Positions 17,089 to 17,141 of a DNA stretch of 17,141 bases are shown here, one piece after another. Origin of the DNA: Fidelibacterota bacterium (GTDB lineage Bacteria; Fidelibacterota; UBA2242); the NCBI GenBank assembly GCA_049975265.1, contig JBNGDF010000040.1:1-17141 (forward strand), given 5' to 3'. The position numbers and the translations under genes were made by a program. The notes beneath the pieces are model-generated. The model worked only from the letters and a program-made list of their open reading frames with translations, made no database searches and was not told the DNA's origin. Position 1 is the first letter of the stretch; every line of letters starts with the position of its first letter.

Positions 17089-17141
17089 TTACCAGTAGGC
17101 AAAGGGGGTCAGGAAAAAGTTCCAGCGCTCCACGTTTTGGG
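17089..17141 (-). CDS. Possible 3' end of a convergent gene running off the window edge (…QNVERWNFFLTPFAYW*)
   Basis: Open minus-strand frame from the window edge to TAA at 17089-17091, 14 nt from the receptor's stop. It is only 16 codons, so this could be chance. Confidence 0.3.
   Translation of the reverse strand, partial: QNVERWNFFLTPFAYW

Noticed and set aside
17086..17102. TGCCT-N7-AGGCA hairpin after the receptor gene
   Set aside because: Short weak stem without a plus-strand U-tract, and it may lie within the end of a convergent gene.
1..17141. tRNA/rRNA, CRISPR arrays, IS elements, prophage or defence genes, T-box before valS
   Set aside because: Intergenic gaps are all short, and I saw no repeat arrays, transposase/integrase motifs or structured RNA signatures by eye.

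Overview
Gene-dense bacterial chromosomal window, probably from an FCB-group-like Gram-negative organism (inferred from the DUF2723 protein and a CarboxypepD_reg-type TonB-dependent receptor with Gln after its signal peptide). Nine genes lie on the minus strand: plsC-like acyltransferase, DAG-kinase-family lipid kinase, MthK-like 2TM K+ channel with RCK domain, standalone cyclic-nucleotide-binding (CNBD) protein, valS, DUF4139 protein, recG, DUF2723/TMEM260-like membrane glycosyltransferase and a GT2 glycosyltransferase. A divergent plus-strand pair encodes a DUF2271-like lipoprotein and a TonB-dependent receptor. I saw no RNA genes, CRISPR arrays or mobile elements. Three things stand out. 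(1) The K+ channel is translationally coupled (TGATG) to a free CNBD and carries an internal AGGGAGG-N8-TTG start that could release a soluble RCK subunit, making a candidate 'split' cyclic-nucleotide-regulated RCK channel. (2) The lipoprotein next to the TonB receptor carries an ApbE-type flavinylation motif (DAISGAT). (3) The TMEM260-like enzyme and the GT2 form a candidate protein O-glycosylation module. Two ORF-track TTG starts appear to be -35 boxes of sigma70-like promoters, and one of these predicts a leaderless plsC mRNA. All family assignments come from motif recognition by eye, not database searches.
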